DNA of 64,000 nt from an uncultured Rubrivivax sp. (lineage in GTDB: Bacteria > Pseudomonadota > Gammaproteobacteria > Burkholderiales > Burkholderiaceae_C): NCBI GenBank assembly GCA_964522465.1, contig CAZFVH010000003.1, positions 32,338 through 96,337 on the forward strand. The letters are read 5' to 3'. Positions 27,851 through 36,397 of the stretch are shown here, one piece after another. Both the position numbers and the translations under genes were made by a program. Below the pieces are notes generated by a model, which made no database searches, was not told the origin of the DNA, and worked only from the letters and a program-made list of their open reading frames with translations. The number at the start of each line of letters is the position of its first letter. Positions within the stretch are counted from its first letter, which is position 1.

Positions 27851-28636
27851 ATGAGCGACGACGACGCGAGCTTCCTGCAGGCCAACGCACACGGCAGCCT
27901 TGGCGCCGGCGCGGCCGCGCGACGCTGCACCGGCGTCCGTCTGTTCGCGCTGGGCGGCGGCGGCGCGACGCACGGGCGGGACTCGGCGATCGACGACTTC
28001 GTGCTGCAAGGCCTGGGCGTGGATTCGCCCAGCGTCGGCTTCCTGGACTGGGCCCGCCCGGAGCGGCCCGAGCGGCTGCAGCGCCTGCGCCAGCGCCTGG
28101 CCGGGCGCTGCGCGCGCGTCGACACACTGCCGCTGGACGCCGACAGCGCGGACGCCGCGCGCTGGCTGGCCGGCCGGGATGTGTTGTACGTCGGCGGCGG
28201 CAACACCGCGCGGCTGCTCGAGGCCCTGCGCCACACGCCGGCCGGGCAGGCAGTGGTGGCCGCCGCACGCACCGGGCTGTCGCTGGTGGGCGTGAGCGCC
28301 GGGGCCTCGGTGTGGTTCGACTGCGCGCTGTCGGATGCCAGCGGCCGCGGTCTGCGACGGCTGGACGGGCTAGGCCTGCTGGCGGGCAGTTTCTGCCCGC
28401 ATTTCGACAGCGAGCCCGAACGCCGTCCCGCCTTCGTGGCGGCCATCGCCCGTGGGGACATGCCCGCCGGGCTGGCCGTGGATGACGGCGCGGCGGTGCT
28501 GTGCGGCGCCAACGGGCCCGAGCGGGTGTGCGTCGGGCGCGATGGCGCCGGCGCCTGGCAGGTCACGCCGGGCGACGGCGCCAAGAGCCTGTGCCTGGGC
28601 CTGCACCTGGGCCTGGATACGGGTTTCCTCGGATGA
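27851..28636 (+). CDS. S51 peptidase E-like / class I glutamine-amidotransferase-like protein
   Basis: VLYVGGGNTARLL followed by the nucleophile elbow LVGVSAGASVWF and FCPHFDSEPER. Start uncertain; an alternative ATG lies at 27785. Confidence 0.7.
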   Translation: MSDDDASFLQANAHGSLGAGAAARRCTGVRLFALGGGGATHGRDSAIDDFVLQGLGVDSPSVGFLDWARPERPERLQRLRQRLAGRCARVDTLPLDADSADAARWLAGRDVLYVGGGNTARLLEALRHTPAGQAVVAAARTGLSLVGVSAGASVWFDCALSDASGRGLRRLDGLGLLAGSFCPHFDSEPERRPAFVAAIARGDMPAGLAVDDGAAVLCGANGPERVCVGRDGAGAWQVTPGDGAKSLCLGLHLGLDTGFLG

Positions 28637-28747
28637 TCACGCCCCGGCGGAAGCGGTCCAATTTGATCTGTGTCAATCGACGTCTGCCGGCGTCGTGCAG
28701 TCTGCCTGCGCCGTGCTGTCGGAACCGTCTCGAACCCTGGAGTCCAC

Positions 28748-29206
28748 ATGGTCAAACTGAACGTCAACGGCCGCACCGTTGAAGTCGATGCCGAGCCTTC
28801 CACCCCCCTGCTGTGGGTCCTGCGCGAGCACGTGGGACTGACCGGCACCAAGTTCGGCTGCGGCGTTGCGCAGTGCGGTGCCTGCACCGTCCACCTCGAC
28901 GGCGTCGCCGTCCGCTCGTGCGTGCTGCCGGTCGCCGCCGTCGGCGCCGACCAGAAGGTCGTGACGATCGAAGGCCTGTCCAAGGACAGCACGCACCCCG
29001 TGCAGCAGGCGTGGCTGGAGCTGGACGTGCCGCAGTGCGGCTACTGCCAGTCGGGCCAGATCATGGCGGTGGCGGCCCTGCTGAAGGAAAAGCCCCAGCC
29101 CACCGACGACGAGATCAACGCGGCGATCACCAACATCTGCCGCTGCGGCACCTACAACCGCATCCGCGCCGGCGTCAAGCAGGCCGCGGGCATCAAGCAA
29201 GCCTGA
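28748..29206 (+). CDS. (2Fe-2S)-binding small subunit of a xanthine-oxidase-family molybdoenzyme (IorA-like)
   Basis: [27 protein letters not shown]...[12 protein letters not shown] and CGYCQSG...NICRCGTY are the two cluster motifs. Confidence 0.9.
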   Translation: MVKLNVNGRTVEVDAEPSTPLLWVLREHVGLTGTKFGCGVAQCGACTVHLDGVAVRSCVLPVAAVGADQKVVTIEGLSKDSTHPVQQAWLELDVPQCGYCQSGQIMAVAALLKEKPQPTDDEINAAITNICRCGTYNRIRAGVKQAAGIKQA

Positions 29207-29222
29207 GCGAGAGGGACACACC

Positions 29223-31394
29223 ATGCAAGTCGCTGAAGTCTCCCGCCGTCAGTTCCTGGCCACCACCGGCGCCGCCGCCGGCACCTTCACCTTCGGTTTC
29301 GCCGTGCCCTTCGCCGGGGCCGCGCAGGCCGCCGAAGCCACTCCCGAGGTCAACGCCTGGGTCATCGTCAAGCCGGACGACACCGTGATCATCCGCATCT
29401 CCCGCATGGAGATGGGCCAGGGCACGCTGACCGGCCTGGCACAACTCGTCGCCGAAGAACTCGACGCCGACTGGTCCAAGGTCACCACCGAGTACCCCAC
29501 CCCGGGCGAGAACCTCGCGCGCAAGCGCGTCTGGGGGGATTTCGGCACCGCCGGCAGTCGCGGCATCCGCGCCTCGGTGCAGTACGTCCGCGAAGGCGGA
29601 GCCGCCGCGCGTCTGATGCTGGTGCAGGCCGCGGCCGCTCAATGGCAGGTGCCGGTGTCCGAGTGCCGTGCGGTGCGCGGCGTGATCTCGCACAACCTCT
29701 CGGGCCGCTCGACCACCTACGGCAAGGTCGCTGCGGCTGCGGCGAAACTGCCGGTTCCGGAAAAACCCGCCCTGAAGGCGCCGAAGGACTGGACCATCGC
29801 CGGTCAGTCCGTGAAGCGCCTGCATCAGGCGGGCAAGGTCAACGGCACGCAGATGTACAGCATCGACCACACGATGCCCGGCATGCTGAACGCAGCCATC
29901 CGCGACTGCCCGATCTGGGGCGGCAAGCTCAAGAGCTTCGACGCGAGCGCGGCGCAGGGCATGCGCGGCGTGAAGAAGGTCGTGCAGATCGACAACGCCG
30001 TGGTCGTGGTCGCCGACACCTGGTGGCGGGCCAAAACCGCCCTGGAGGCGGTGAAGATCGAGTACGACCCGGGTCCCCACGGCAACCTCGACAGCCGGGC
30101 CATCGACGCCATGCTGACCGAGGGCCTGACGGCCAAGGAAGCCTTCCTCGGAAACAAGAACGGCGACATCGACGCCGCGATCCAGGGCGCGGCCCGCACG
30201 ATCGAGGCCACCTACAGCGTGCCCTACCAGAACCACGCGCCGATGGAGCCGATGAACGCCACGGCGCTGGTGACGGCCGACAAGTGCGAGGTCTGGACGG
30301 CCACCCAGAACGCCGAGGCCGCGCTCGCCACCGCGTCCGCCGCCTCCGGTCTGCCGCTGAACCGCTGCGACGTTCATCGCATCGACCTGGGCGGCGGCTT
30401 CGGGCGCCGTGCCACCAGCCAGGACTTCGTCGAGCAGGCGGTGAAGATCGCCAAGACCATGCCCGGCACGCCGATCAAGTTGATCTGGAGCCGTGAGGAA
30501 GACCAGCTGCACGGCTGCTACCACCCGATCACCAAGTGCAAGATGACCGGCGCGCTGGACAAGGACGGCAACCTGGTCGGCCTGCGCATGCGCATCTCGG
30601 GGCAGTCCATCCTGGCGACGATCCGTCCGCAGGCGCTGGACAAGGGCCGCGACCCCATCGTGTTCCAGGGCCTGAACGCCGCCGGCCCCGAGGCACAGAT
30701 CGGCTACACCATCCCGAACCTGCTGGTCGATCACGCGATGCGCAACCCGCCGGTGCGACCCGGCTTCTGGCGCGGCGTCAACAACAACCAGAACGCCATC
30801 TACCTCGAGTGCTTCATGGACGAACTCGCCCATGCGGCAGGCGTGGACGCGCTGGAGTTCCGCCGTCGCCTGATGAAGAACCACCCCAAGCACCTGGCCG
30901 TGCTCAACGCCGTGGCCGAGCAGGGCGGTTGGGGCAAGCCGGCGCCGAAGGGTGTGTTCCGTGGTCTGGCCCAGCACATGGGCTACGGCAGCTACGTGGC
31001 GGCCTGCGCCGAGGTCTCGGTCAGCGACCAGGGCCAGGTCAAGGTGCACCGCATCGTCGCGGCCACCGACTGCGGTCACGCCGTCAACCCGCGCCAGATC
31101 GCCGGGCAGATCGAAGGCTCCTTCGCCTACGGTCTGGGTGCTGCCATGCTGCAGGAGATCACGATCAAGGACGGTCAGGTGGTGGAGAAGAACTTCGACA
31201 CCTACAACTGTGTCCGCATGGCCGACATGCCCGAGGTCGAGAGCATCATCATGCCGTCGGGTGACTTCTGGGGCGGCGTGGGCGAGCCGACGATCTTCGT
31301 GGCCGCGCCTGCGGTGCTCAACGCGATCTTCGCCGCCACCGGCAAGCGCGTGCGCGACATGCCGCTGAAGAACCACGACCTGCGCAAGGCGTGA
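29223..31394 (+). CDS. molybdopterin-binding large subunit (IorB-like aldehyde oxidase/xanthine dehydrogenase family), Tat-exported
   Basis: Twin-arginine leader MQVAEVSRRQFLATTGAAAGTFTFG...AAQA followed by MEMGQGTLTGLAQLVAEEL and later MoCo-domain blocks. 723 aa. Confidence 0.9.
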   Translation: MQVAEVSRRQFLATTGAAAGTFTFGFAVPFAGAAQAAEATPEVNAWVIVKPDDTVIIRISRMEMGQGTLTGLAQLVAEELDADWSKVTTEYPTPGENLARKRVWGDFGTAGSRGIRASVQYVREGGAAARLMLVQAAAAQWQVPVSECRAVRGVISHNLSGRSTTYGKVAAAAAKLPVPEKPALKAPKDWTIAGQSVKRLHQAGKVNGTQMYSIDHTMPGMLNAAIRDCPIWGGKLKSFDASAAQGMRGVKKVVQIDNAVVVVADTWWRAKTALEAVKIEYDPGPHGNLDSRAIDAMLTEGLTAKEAFLGNKNGDIDAAIQGAARTIEATYSVPYQNHAPMEPMNATALVTADKCEVWTATQNAEAALATASAASGLPLNRCDVHRIDLGGGFGRRATSQDFVEQAVKIAKTMPGTPIKLIWSREEDQLHGCYHPITKCKMTGALDKDGNLVGLRMRISGQSILATIRPQALDKGRDPIVFQGLNAAGPEAQIGYTIPNLLVDHAMRNPPVRPGFWRGVNNNQNAIYLECFMDELAHAAGVDALEFRRRLMKNHPKHLAVLNAVAEQGGWGKPAPKGVFRGLAQHMGYGSYVAACAEVSVSDQGQVKVHRIVAATDCGHAVNPRQIAGQIEGSFAYGLGAAMLQEITIKDGQVVEKNFDTYNCVRMADMPEVESIIMPSGDFWGGVGEPTIFVAAPAVLNAIFAATGKRVRDMPLKNHDLRKA

Positions 31395-32047
31395 GTCGCG
31401 CGGGCGACAGCGTTCGCGCTGCAGCCCGGCGCTGGCGGTCGGCGGCTGCAGTCGTCGACCGCGACACCGACCCGTCCCCGCCCAGGCTGTCTGGTGACGG
31501 CTCCGCCCAGGGTCACGATGGCCGGACCGGTTGCAGTGCGTGGGCGGGCGCTCGGCAGCTGCGCGAGGTCGGCGCCGTTCAGCGCTTGGGGATCGGACTC
31601 GCCGTGCTGGTGGCGTGCGTGCTGGGCACCGCGGCCCAGGCTGTGCACGCCCTGCCCGCCGCGTCCGCATCCGACGAAGCCGCGCCGCTGACGGCCTCGC
31701 CGGGCGACGCGGCGCGAGGACGGGCCATCGTCGTCGACCGCTACAAGGGCCTGTGCCTGTTGTGCCACTCGGGACCGTTCCCGGAGCAGGCCTTCCAGGG
31801 CAACCTCGCACCCGATCTGGGCGACGTCGGCTTGCGCCTCAGCCCGGCTCAGTTGCGACAGCGGATCATCGACAGCAGAGTCTTGAACCCGCACAGCATG
31901 ATGCCGTCCTACCACCGCACCGAAGGGCTGCAACGGGTGGCTCCGGCCTTCAGCGGCAAACCCATCCTCACCGCCCAGGAAGTCGAGGATGTTGTAATGT
32001 TTCTGAGCACTCTGCGTGGTGCCACTTCAACGGGAAGCACGCCATGA
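31391..32047 (+). CDS. soxX: SoxX-like monohaem c-type cytochrome
   Basis: Haem motif CLLCH in GRAIVVDRYKGLCLLCHSG, and a C-terminal NPHSMMPSYHR...LTAQEVEDVVMFLSTL typical of SoxX. The only canonical in-frame start before the hydrophobic leader is the GTG at 31391, which overlaps the iorB-like stop, so the N-terminus is uncertain. Confidence 0.7.
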   Translation: MSRAGDSVRAAARRWRSAAAVVDRDTDPSPPRLSGDGSAQGHDGRTGCSAWAGARQLREVGAVQRLGIGLAVLVACVLGTAAQAVHALPAASASDEAAPLTASPGDAARGRAIVVDRYKGLCLLCHSGPFPEQAFQGNLAPDLGDVGLRLSPAQLRQRIIDSRVLNPHSMMPSYHRTEGLQRVAPAFSGKPILTAQEVEDVVMFLSTLRGATSTGSTP

Positions 32048-32526
32048 CCCAGAACGATGCCGGTCGCGTCACCGCACGCGGCCCTCAGCGACGAACCCTG
32101 CTCGCCGCCTCGGTCGGCGCGGCCGTGACCGTGCTGACGCCTGCTGTGCGCGCCACGCCGCAGGCGATGGACGCGGCCATCCGCGCCTTCACAGGGGGGC
32201 GCGAGCCCGTGCGCGGCGGCGTGCGGCTGGAGATCCCCGAACTGCATGAGAGCGGCAACGCCGTGCCTGTGACGGTCAGCGTGGACAGCCCGATGACCGA
32301 GCAGCAGCACGTACGGGCCATCGCGCTGTTCAACGAGCGCAACCCCCAGCCCGACGTGGCGGTGTTCCATCTGTCGCCTCGGTCGGGCCGCGCACGGGTG
32401 GTCACACGCATCCGCCTGGGCGACACGCAGCAGGTCGTGGCCGTGGCGCAGATGAGCGACGGCAGCTTCCGCAGCAGCTCGGCCGAGGTCATCGTGACCT
32501 TGCCGGCCTGCGTGGAGACGTCCTGA
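32044..32526 (+). CDS. SoxY-related carrier protein with variant C-terminal arm (..TLPACVETS, not GGCGG)
   Basis: Tat leader (GPQRRTLLAASVGAAV) and a SoxY-like body (GGVRLEIPELHESGNAVPVTVSVDSPM...IALFNERNPQPDVAVFHLSP). A single Cys lies five residues from the end. ATGA overlap with soxX. Confidence 0.8.
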   Translation: MTQNDAGRVTARGPQRRTLLAASVGAAVTVLTPAVRATPQAMDAAIRAFTGGREPVRGGVRLEIPELHESGNAVPVTVSVDSPMTEQQHVRAIALFNERNPQPDVAVFHLSPRSGRARVVTRIRLGDTQQVVAVAQMSDGSFRSSSAEVIVTLPACVETS

Positions 32527-32645
32527 CAGGGCGGTCGAGATGACACCCGACCCGAGCCTGGCGAGCGCGCCGCTGCAGTGCACACCTCCCTTGCGAACCC
32601 AAGCCCTCCCGGCTGGCGCGTGGGCCACACGAAAGGACTCCTGAG

Positions 32646-32978
32646 ATGCTCGATCTGGAAGCACGCGCGCTGCTGCGTGTGCCGGCCAAGGCCCGGCGCG
32701 GCGAGATCGTCGAAATCCGCACCATGGTGTCGCACCCGATGGAAACCGGTCACCGCACCGGGCCTGACGGCCGGCTGGTGCCGCGCGACATCATCCGGGA
32801 GATGGTCTGCACCTACGACGGGGAGACAGTGTTCCGCGCAGAGCTGTTCCCGGCGGTGTCGGCCAACCCCTACCTGACCTTCGACCTGGTGGCCACGCGC
32901 AGCGGCGACGTCTCCTTCCGCTGGACCGACGAGCGCGGCCGCAGCATGACGCGCAGCGCGAGGATCGAGGTGGAATGA
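32646..32978 (+). CDS. soxZ: SoxZ-family protein
   Basis: LRVPAKARRGEIVEIRTMVSHPMETGHR...IIREMVCTYDGETVFRAELFPAVSANPYLTF matches SoxZ. AAAGGA SD. Confidence 0.85.
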   Translation: MLDLEARALLRVPAKARRGEIVEIRTMVSHPMETGHRTGPDGRLVPRDIIREMVCTYDGETVFRAELFPAVSANPYLTFDLVATRSGDVSFRWTDERGRSMTRSARIEVE

Positions 32979-33772
32979 GCTCGAGGGCGCGCGGGCGCGC
33001 GCGCGCCGGGGTGGTCGCCGCGCTGACCTGGACGGCTGTGTCAGCCCCGGGCGCCGGAGACATACCGCCCCAGGACCGCCGGTCGGGCATCGAGTTCACG
33101 ACGCCTGCGGTGCAGGCGATGCAGCGCGACGACATGTCCAACCCGGCCATGCTCGCCGTGCTGGACGGCGAGGCGTTGTGGGACCGCCCGGCCGGAGACG
33201 CACGCAAAGCCTGCCGCGACTGCCACGGCAGCGCCGATCCCAGCATGCGCGCGGTGGCCGCACGCTATCCGGCCTTCGACACCGCCACCGGCCGACCGAT
33301 CGACCTGCAGGGCCGCATCCAGGCCTGCCAGACGCGCCACCAGCGCGCCGACGCGTTTGCGCTCGAGAGCCCCCCGCTGCTGGCGCTGGTCAGCCACGTC
33401 GCGCTGCAGTCGCGCGGCTTGCCCGTCGCACCGCCCGATGACCCCAGACTCGCCCCCCACCTGGCCAACGGACAGTCGCTGTGGCGGCAGCGCATGGGCC
33501 AGTTGAACTTCTCCTGCAGCCAGTGCCATGACACGCACTGGGGCGCCCGGCTCGGCCCGGCCCTCATCCCCCAGGGCCATCCCGTCGGCTACCCGATCTA
33601 CCGCATCGAGTGGCAGACCATGGGCTCGCTGCAGCGGCGGTTCCGCAACTGCATGAGCGGCACCCGCGCCGAGCCCTACGCCTGGGGCTCGCCGGAGTTT
33701 GTCGATCTCGAGGTCTACCTCACGCACCGCGCCCGCGGCATGGCGATGGAGACGCCGGGCGTCAGGCCCTGA
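32975..33772 (+). CDS. soxA: SoxA-type dihaem cytochrome c
   Basis: Two CxxCH motifs (CRDCH, CSQCH) plus the distal Cys ligand context LQRRFRNCM. ATGA overlap with soxZ. Confidence 0.85.
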   Translation: MSSRARGRARAGVVAALTWTAVSAPGAGDIPPQDRRSGIEFTTPAVQAMQRDDMSNPAMLAVLDGEALWDRPAGDARKACRDCHGSADPSMRAVAARYPAFDTATGRPIDLQGRIQACQTRHQRADAFALESPPLLALVSHVALQSRGLPVAPPDDPRLAPHLANGQSLWRQRMGQLNFSCSQCHDTHWGARLGPALIPQGHPVGYPIYRIEWQTMGSLQRRFRNCMSGTRAEPYAWGSPEFVDLEVYLTHRARGMAMETPGVRP

Positions 33773-33840
33773 GGGGCGGGGGCTCTTTGCCCCTGTCAGG
33801 CACAGGCGCGAGACGGCCGTGTGCGCGAGCCTGCGGGACC

Positions 33841-34479
33841 TCAGGTCCCGCCCACGTAAGGATTGGTCCGCCGCTCGCGTCCGAAGGTGCTCTCCGGCCC
33901 GTGGCCGGGGATGAAGACGGTGTCGTCGCCCATGGGCCACAGGCGCTGGGTGATGCTGTCGATCAGTGTCTGGTGATCGCCGCCGGGGAAGTCGGTACGG
34001 CCGATGCTGCCGGCGAACAGCACGTCGCCGACGAAGGCGCGGTGGATCTCGGGGCTGTGGAAGACCACATGGCCGGGCGTGTGGCCGGGGCAGTGGCGCA
34101 CGTGCAGCGTGCACTCGCCGATCGTCACGGTGTCACCGTCCTGGAGCCAGCGCGTGGGCGCGAACGACTCGGCCGGCGCGAAGCCGAACATCTGCGCTTG
34201 CTGCGGCAGGCCGTCGATCCAGAACTGGTCGCCCGGGTGCGGGCCGATGATGGGCAGGCCGTCTTCGCGCGCCAGCGTGCCGGTGCCGCCGGCGTGGTCG
34301 ATGTGGGCGTGGGTGAGCCAGATCGCTTTCAGCGTGACGCCCAGACGCCGCGCGGCGGCCCGCAACCGGGGCAACTCGCCGCCCGGGTCGATGACGGCGC
34401 CTTCCATCGTGCGGTCGCACCAGACGATCGAGCAGTTCTGTGCGAAAGGAGTGACGGGAAGGGTTTCGTAGCGGAGCAT
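33841..34479 (-). CDS. MBL-fold metallo-hydrolase (glyoxalase II / YcbL-like)
   Basis: THAHIDHAGG metal motif and the later HCPGHTPGH and GDVLF blocks. Start MLRYETLPVTPFAQNC at the internal ATG 34479. Confidence 0.85.
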   Translation of the reverse strand: MLRYETLPVTPFAQNCSIVWCDRTMEGAVIDPGGELPRLRAAARRLGVTLKAIWLTHAHIDHAGGTGTLAREDGLPIIGPHPGDQFWIDGLPQQAQMFGFAPAESFAPTRWLQDGDTVTIGECTLHVRHCPGHTPGHVVFHSPEIHRAFVGDVLFAGSIGRTDFPGGDHQTLIDSITQRLWPMGDDTVFIPGHGPESTFGRERRTNPYVGGT

Positions 34480-34555
34480 GGACAGTGGCTGCGGGCCGAA
34501 CGGCTCATGATCGTCGCACAACTCCAGGCAGCAGCGCGGGCGAAGACCCGAAGGG

Positions 34556-35116
34556 TCACCCGGCAGACGCCCCTGGCGCAGGCCTGTTGCCGCCTTGATC
34601 CGCGTGCTCGCGCAGGAAGGCCAGCGCGGCGAACACGCCCTGGAGCTCGAGCGCGGCCACCCGCGCCAGATCGCGTAGATGGGCCTGTTCCCAGGCGTCG
34701 AGCGTGCGCGGCCGGCGGTCGATCAGGCAGAAGGTCCCCACCTTGTGGCCATCCTCGAGCACCAGCGGCGCGCCGGCGTAGAAGCGGATGAACGGATCTC
34801 CCGTGACCAGTGGATTGTCCCGGAAGCGCTCGTCCGCCCAGGCATCGCGCACCACCATGACCTCGTCGCGCAGAATGGCGTGTCCACAGAAGCTGAGGTC
34901 CCGGGGGGTCTGGGTGACCCCCAAGCCGCAGCGGGACTTGAACCATTGCCGGTCTCGGTCGACGAGACTGACCAGCGCGATCGGCACCTGGAAGACCGAG
35001 GCTGCGTACGCGGTCAGGCTGTCGAAACGCTCTTGCGGTGGCGTGTCGAGCACCAGCAGCCGCCGCAGCGATTGCACGCGCGCATCGTCGTCCGGGGGCA
35101 CAGTTGCGGCTTGCAT
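34556..35116 (-). CDS. GAF-domain protein (stand-alone)
   Basis: RLLVLDTPPQERFDSLTAYAASVFQVPIALVSLVDRDRQWFKS...FCGHAI...FYAGAPL is a GAF pattern. The start could also be the ATG at 35197. Confidence 0.7.
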   Translation of the reverse strand: MQAATVPPDDDARVQSLRRLLVLDTPPQERFDSLTAYAASVFQVPIALVSLVDRDRQWFKSRCGLGVTQTPRDLSFCGHAILRDEVMVVRDAWADERFRDNPLVTGDPFIRFYAGAPLVLEDGHKVGTFCLIDRRPRTLDAWEQAHLRDLARVAALELQGVFAALAFLREHADQGGNRPAPGASAG

Positions 35117-35378
35117 GGGGGCACGGGGGTCTGGGGCTGAAACCGAAACGGGAATGTCGGTCGTCCCAGGGGACCGGGCACTCGTGTCCACGGCCATGAG
35201 GCGACCCGCATGTCCCAGTCCTTGATTCGGGCGTCCATTGTGTCCTCATTCTTTCCGCGCTTACCACCACACATCGATGCCAATCGCGTGACAGCAGCCG
35301 TGAAAAGGACCACGTCGAGATCACCGGCGGCATCGCGGTGGAACCTCTGCGACGGCCCCTGGTCATCTCAGACCCGGT

Positions 35379-35434
35379 CCACCCCGCCCCGCCCCGCCGA
35401 CCGAGGCGGGGCGGGGCGGGTGGCGTAAATTTTT
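35379..35434 (+). terminator. strong GC hairpin followed by a T-run, with no annotated upstream gene on this strand
   Basis: CCACCCCGCCCCGCCCCGCC-GACCGA-GGCGGGGCGGGGCGGGTGG forms 16 perfect GC pairs plus 3 more after a bulge. It is followed by CGTAAATTTTTG. The T-run starts 6 nt after the stem, so the geometry is not ideal. Confidence 0.5.
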
Positions 35435-35687
35435 GCGTCGACGCCCCATGCCGCATGCCTGAAGGCGTACACTGCGTCGCCTGCACCCCATCGGACGGCG
35501 TCTCGGACGCAAGACACGACAGGGGTTGCGCCGGGGCCACGAGCGGGCCCCGCCCTCATGACTCGAGCGGTGAACGTCGTGCCCTGGTGGCCGGCCTCCT
35601 CGAGACTCCCTCGCATCGCAGGGACTGCAGCCACCCAAGCTGCGGGACAGATGCCCTGATGAGTCCACCGCGCTGCCGCGTGTTGCC

Positions 35688-36059
35688 GTGCACGCCTCGT
35701 GTCCACGAAGGTCCTGCGTCCACGGACGACGCCGGCCGGAGAAAGTTGTTATCCATACCTCTGTACAAGTCGGGAAATATCTCGTCTCTCCCCTGACCCG
35801 CCAGGCCGCCTGCGGCCGGTACGCGGCGTCGGTTTCCATCCGCAGCGGCCAGGGCAGCATGACCCACGACCGCATCCTGCGGTTGCGTCCATTGTTCGCC
35901 TCGCCCGAGGACGCCGCCCGACACGCGGCTTCCGAGGGGCTCGCCTGGATCGCCGAGTCGCGCCAGCCGGCCGCGCAAGATGCCACCGCCATTTCGCACG
36001 ACGCGCCGACCGGCCTGTCGTCCGTCCACACCCTACCGCACCGCCCCGCAGCGGTCTGA
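35688..36059 (+). CDS. hypothetical protein
   Basis: High third-position GC and balanced composition in the second half ([56 protein letters not shown]). The stop lies 3 nt before the infA-paralog ATG, which itself lacks an SD, so coupling is implied. The only canonical start is the ATG at 35688. Confidence 0.45.
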   Translation: MHASCPRRSCVHGRRRPEKVVIHTSVQVGKYLVSPLTRQAACGRYAASVSIRSGQGSMTHDRILRLRPLFASPEDAARHAASEGLAWIAESRQPAAQDATAISHDAPTGLSSVHTLPHRPAAV

Positions 36060-36062
36060 GCC

Positions 36063-36329
36063 ATGGCCAAGGAAGAACTGATCGAAATGCACGGCGTCGT
36101 CGACGAGATCCTGCCGGACTCGCGGTTCCGCGTGACGCTGGACAACGGGCACAAGCTCGTGGCCTACACCGGCGGCAAGATGCGCAAGCATCACATCCGC
36201 ATCCTGGCGGGCGACAACGTCTCGCTCGAACTCTCGCCCTACGACCTCAGCAAGGGCCGCATCACCTTCCGGCACCTCGAGCGCCGCAGCGCCGGCCCGA
36301 GCGCCGGCGGCGCACCGCGCCGGCGTTGA
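36063..36329 (+). CDS. infA: translation initiation factor IF-1 paralog with an Arg-rich C-terminal extension
   Basis: [71 protein letters not shown] is an S1-fold IF-1 core. It is followed by 17 extra residues ([17 protein letters not shown]). Confidence 0.9.
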   Translation: MAKEELIEMHGVVDEILPDSRFRVTLDNGHKLVAYTGGKMRKHHIRILAGDNVSLELSPYDLSKGRITFRHLERRSAGPSAGGAPRRR

Positions 36330-36397
36330 ACCCCGGGGCCTGGCGGCCCCGACATCCCAACCTCTCCCCATCCCCAACCCATCACAGGAGTCATCAC

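Noticed and set aside
29193-31811. 872-aa minus-strand ORF
   Set aside because: It is antisense to the molybdopterin subunit gene and has no recognisable domains.
33841-34479. MBL-fold gene next to the sox-like cluster as a persulfide dioxygenase
   Set aside because: It is convergent rather than co-oriented with the cluster, and the sequence looks like generic glyoxalase II / YcbL-type. I saw no fused rhodanese or other persulfide-dioxygenase-specific feature that I could verify by eye.
35210-35428. 72-aa ORF upstream of the orphan terminator
   Set aside because: It reads straight through the GC hairpin, has a Pro/Arg/Ser-rich composition and has no SD. The region is more likely non-coding.
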